A DNA stretch of 64,000 bases, from IMG/VR virus record IMGVR_UViG_3300042541_001760, positions 1 through 64,000 of that record; one strand, given 5' to 3'. Shown piece after piece: positions 61,559 through 64,000 of this stretch; within the stretch, counting starts at the first letter, position 1, and the number at the start of each line of letters is the position of its first letter. The notes beneath the pieces are model-generated. The model was not told the origin of the DNA, searched no databases, and saw nothing but the letters and a program-made list of their open reading frames with translations. Position numbers and translations under genes: made by a program.

Positions 61559-62982
61559 AGAATCGCTCCGTCAGGTGTGATTTTAAATTGTTTACCATTA
61601 ACCTCAAAAACCAAATTTCTCTTATTAGTTTTACCGATTAATTCGGCTTTAGAATATCTTGTTATAAATTTCTCAGAAGTTACTTCTTGGTCAATTGATT
61701 CTGACAATCTCTTAACTTCTTTCATTTGTTTAACCTTATGAGTTTTTTTCTCAACAAATTTTCTAACTCCTCTTTCTTCGTTTAATCTTTTTTCGTTAGG
61801 TGATTCTTGAAAATATTTTGATAAAATCTTATCAACTTTTGATTCTGAGAAAATTTCATCAAAAATTTTACCCATTCCATCAGCGTGATTATCTTCTAAC
61901 ATATCACCCATTTTACTTTTAATGAGTTCGCTATGTTTATTAGTAACTGCTTTGTTAAAGTCCATTTCCTCCATTGGGGATTTTGGGTGTCTTCTTCTTT
62001 TAGGTTCATCACTAAATCCTAAATCATAATCTCCGTCCATAGTTCCTTCCCATTCTTCGGACATTTCACCTTCAGGTAATTCTTCATCGCCCATTTCAGG
62101 TTCTTCCGGCATATCCATACCCGCATCATCCATTTCAGGTTCTTCCGGTATATCCATATCCTCATCACCCATATCTTCATTATCCTCAAATCTGGTCATA
62201 ATCTCCTCAACATCCTCATCGGATAATTGACTTAAATCAAGAGCTGACAATATTGAGTTAATAACATATTTTGTGTCATCAGATGAAATTGGTTCTTCAC
62301 CTTGATTAAGTTTTCTAATTTTTTGACCTAACTTACCTGTTAGTTTTTGGATTGATTTAAAGGTAACCATACCTTCTTCACCTTCAGGTTCTCCGCCCAT
62401 ATCCATTCCTTCGTCACCCATATCCATACCTTCATCACCCATTTCAGGATCTTCCGGCATACCCATTCCTTCATCACCCATAGATGGGTCTTCAGGCATA
62501 TCCATACCTGCGTCAGGCATAGGTGGCATATCAGTTGGTGCGGGTACGGGAGCTGGTGCGGGGGCAGGTGCTGGCATCGGCGGTGCTTCTACAGGTGCGG
62601 GTTTAGGAGTTTTTAATGTGAATTTTTTTTGTTCACCAAATAATGAAATATTTTCTTCATTACCAACCAAAGTATTAACTTCTTTTGTAATTAAGTTTAA
62701 TCTCTTTAATGCTTGGGAATAAGAAGGGTAATACTTTCTATTCTGCATTGGTTCAAGATAATCCATATCGGATTCATTAATTGATTTTTTAATGACATAT
62801 CCGTTCTTATCTCTTTCAATTTTGTATGTATTACCATCGGCTAACATTATTCCATATTCCGTGGATCTTACTTCATTAACAGGATTTGGAATGTTTTCCT
62901 TATAACGAGAAATTTCAATGATACGGTTTATTTTTTCCATACCTTCTAATCTTTCACTTCCTATTGGTTTTAATTTTCCCAT
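61555..62982 (-). CDS. Acidic low-complexity protein (probable prohead core/internal)
   Basis: PAPAPAP linker; repeated DMPEEPEMGDE/MGDEGMD units. Confidence 0.75.
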   Translation of the reverse strand: MGKLKPIGSERLEGMEKINRIIEISRYKENIPNPVNEVRSTEYGIMLADGNTYKIERDKNGYVIKKSINESDMDYLEPMQNRKYYPSYSQALKRLNLITKEVNTLVGNEENISLFGEQKKFTLKTPKPAPVEAPPMPAPAPAPAPVPAPTDMPPMPDAGMDMPEDPSMGDEGMGMPEDPEMGDEGMDMGDEGMDMGGEPEGEEGMVTFKSIQKLTGKLGQKIRKLNQGEEPISSDDTKYVINSILSALDLSQLSDEDVEEIMTRFEDNEDMGDEDMDIPEEPEMDDAGMDMPEEPEMGDEELPEGEMSEEWEGTMDGDYDLGFSDEPKRRRHPKSPMEEMDFNKAVTNKHSELIKSKMGDMLEDNHADGMGKIFDEIFSESKVDKILSKYFQESPNEKRLNEERGVRKFVEKKTHKVKQMKEVKRLSESIDQEVTSEKFITRYSKAELIGKTNKRNLVFEVNGKQFKITPDGAIL

Positions 62983-62999
62983 TTTATTTTTTTTTATAT

Positions 63000-63188
63000 T
63001 TAATTGTTTAATCCGTTAAATCCCCCAAGAGTAACCGCACTACATTGATTAATAGTACCACCAGTAACGTTTGAGTATACGGGTGTTGGTGTACCAAAGG
63101 TAACTACAGAACCTACGGTATTTCCGGAAGCTGCAACATATCCGGTTATTCTTGTTGTGTAATATGAGGTACAGGCAGTTGTTGGCAT
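63000..63188 (-). CDS. Small Thr/Gly-rich probable virion protein
   Basis: 62-aa ORF; TATTTAT 17 nt upstream. Confidence 0.7.
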   Translation of the reverse strand: MPTTACTSYYTTRITGYVAASGNTVGSVVTFGTPTPVYSNVTGGTINQCSAVTLGGFNGLNN

Positions 63189-63263
63189 ATCTTTATTTTT
63201 TCTTTATAAATATATCAATATTAATAATAGTTTATGTGTAATTAATATTATTATCAAAATGAT

Positions 63264-64000
63264 TTAGATTTTGTTAGCAAATTCCTTATAGAAATTTTTA
63301 AATATTTCTGAGTGGTCGTAACTATCCTTATCCGTACAAATAACTTTTCCTTTGTAGTTAGAATCGTCTTTATGGGTGCAGTACCATTTTAATACCTCCC
63401 TTGGGACATACCCTGGTGGTTTATTTCCCCAATTTTTCCAATTACATGTCATGTAAGTATTACTACCAAAATCTAAATTAATATATGGTGATTCTCCTTG
63501 TCCCTGACCTTCAGGTGAAGGGTCAATTAAACCCACAAATTTCATATTACTTCTTGGACCTACATAATCCCACATTTTCATACCTCCTTTAGAAAACCCG
63601 GCAATTGAGGTTACGGTCGCATTGTAATTATCTTTCACGTGCTTTATAGCCTCTTCAACAGAGGTTCCCCAATGAGTTATCACTACCAAAACTTTACCTT
63701 TAATTGGGTCAACTCCCGATCCGTAAAAACTTTCATTTAATGAAATCTGACCATTTTGATTAGAATGTAATCCCGCAAATAAAACGTGTGCTTCACCACC
63801 CTTAAAATTATCAGGTTTATAAACTAAGTAATTCTTAGACTTTCTTTTTTCGGTTGGTTGATTTTTATCTCCGATTGTGGATTCTTTAGATTTTACAGGT
63901 TTATTTTCTATCTTATCTATGTAAGGTTCTATATCTTCTGATTGGATATTTTTTTCTTTTAATTTTCCTAATAGAACTTTAACCATTTCAGGTGTCGCAA
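63264..64000 (-). CDS. Partial gene (extends beyond window) with C-terminal alpha/beta-hydrolase-like domain
   Basis: Frame is open upstream of the track's ATG (...ATPEMVKVLL); SIAGFSKGG nucleophile elbow, GLIDP and HSEI. Confidence 0.65.
   Translation of the reverse strand, partial: ATPEMVKVLLGKLKEKNIQSEDIEPYIDKIENKPVKSKESTIGDKNQPTEKRKSKNYLVYKPDNFKGGEAHVLFAGLHSNQNGQISLNESFYGSGVDPIKGKVLVVITHWGTSVEEAIKHVKDNYNATVTSIAGFSKGGMKMWDYVGPRSNMKFVGLIDPSPEGQGQGESPYINLDFGSNTYMTCNWKNWGNKPPGYVPREVLKWYCTHKDDSNYKGKVICTDKDSYDHSEIFKNFYKEFANKI

Noticed and set aside
1-64000. tRNA, rRNA or other structured ncRNA genes
   Set aside because: Intergenic gaps are mostly under 130 nt and AT-rich; no cloverleaf or extended structure seen by eye. 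A tRNAscan/Infernal run would be needed to exclude them fully.

Overview
A gene-dense, AT-rich (roughly 30% GC by eye) 64 kb segment of a large T4-like tailed phage, read in the standard genetic code with tightly coupled genes. Host is uncertain: SD-less A-rich translation starts, a DUF4494-like gene and one TAnnTTTG site point to Bacteroidota, but canonical sigma70 promoters are also present. Layout: (i) 1-11.3 kb, minus strand: three large mucin-like proteins made of Thr/Pro repeats interleaved with Cys-rich modules, a beta-propeller, a LamG-like domain and a vWA-like domain. The first (<1..4498) is missing from the ORF track. (ii) 11.4-14 kb: probable virion/internal proteins, including a stand-alone WYL protein. 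(iii) 14.1-41.3 kb: one co-oriented block dominated by apparently soluble glycan-synthesis enzymes: about 9-13 glycosyltransferases, gmd/fcl, a GDP-mannose 3,5-epimerase-like enzyme, methyltransferases, HAD/nucleotidyltransferase/kinase/cupin/GatZ-like enzymes. It also holds an exonuclease, dUTPase, PhoH and a gp55-like sigma factor. (iv) 41.3-49.5 kb: baseplate/spike-like genes and an HNH endonuclease. (v) 49.6-64 kb, minus strand: head module (major capsid, scaffold, prohead protease, portal, large terminase) and acidic low-complexity proteins. The leading hypothesis is a phage-encoded mucin plus cytoplasmic glycosylation system (a virion glycocalyx). Also notable: a TATTTAT late-promoter-like motif (the reverse complement of the T4 late promoter core), a family of putative capsid-internal proteins with L/I-x-E leaders, and deletion scars in the glycan island. 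All product calls come from motif recognition by eye; no database searches were run.
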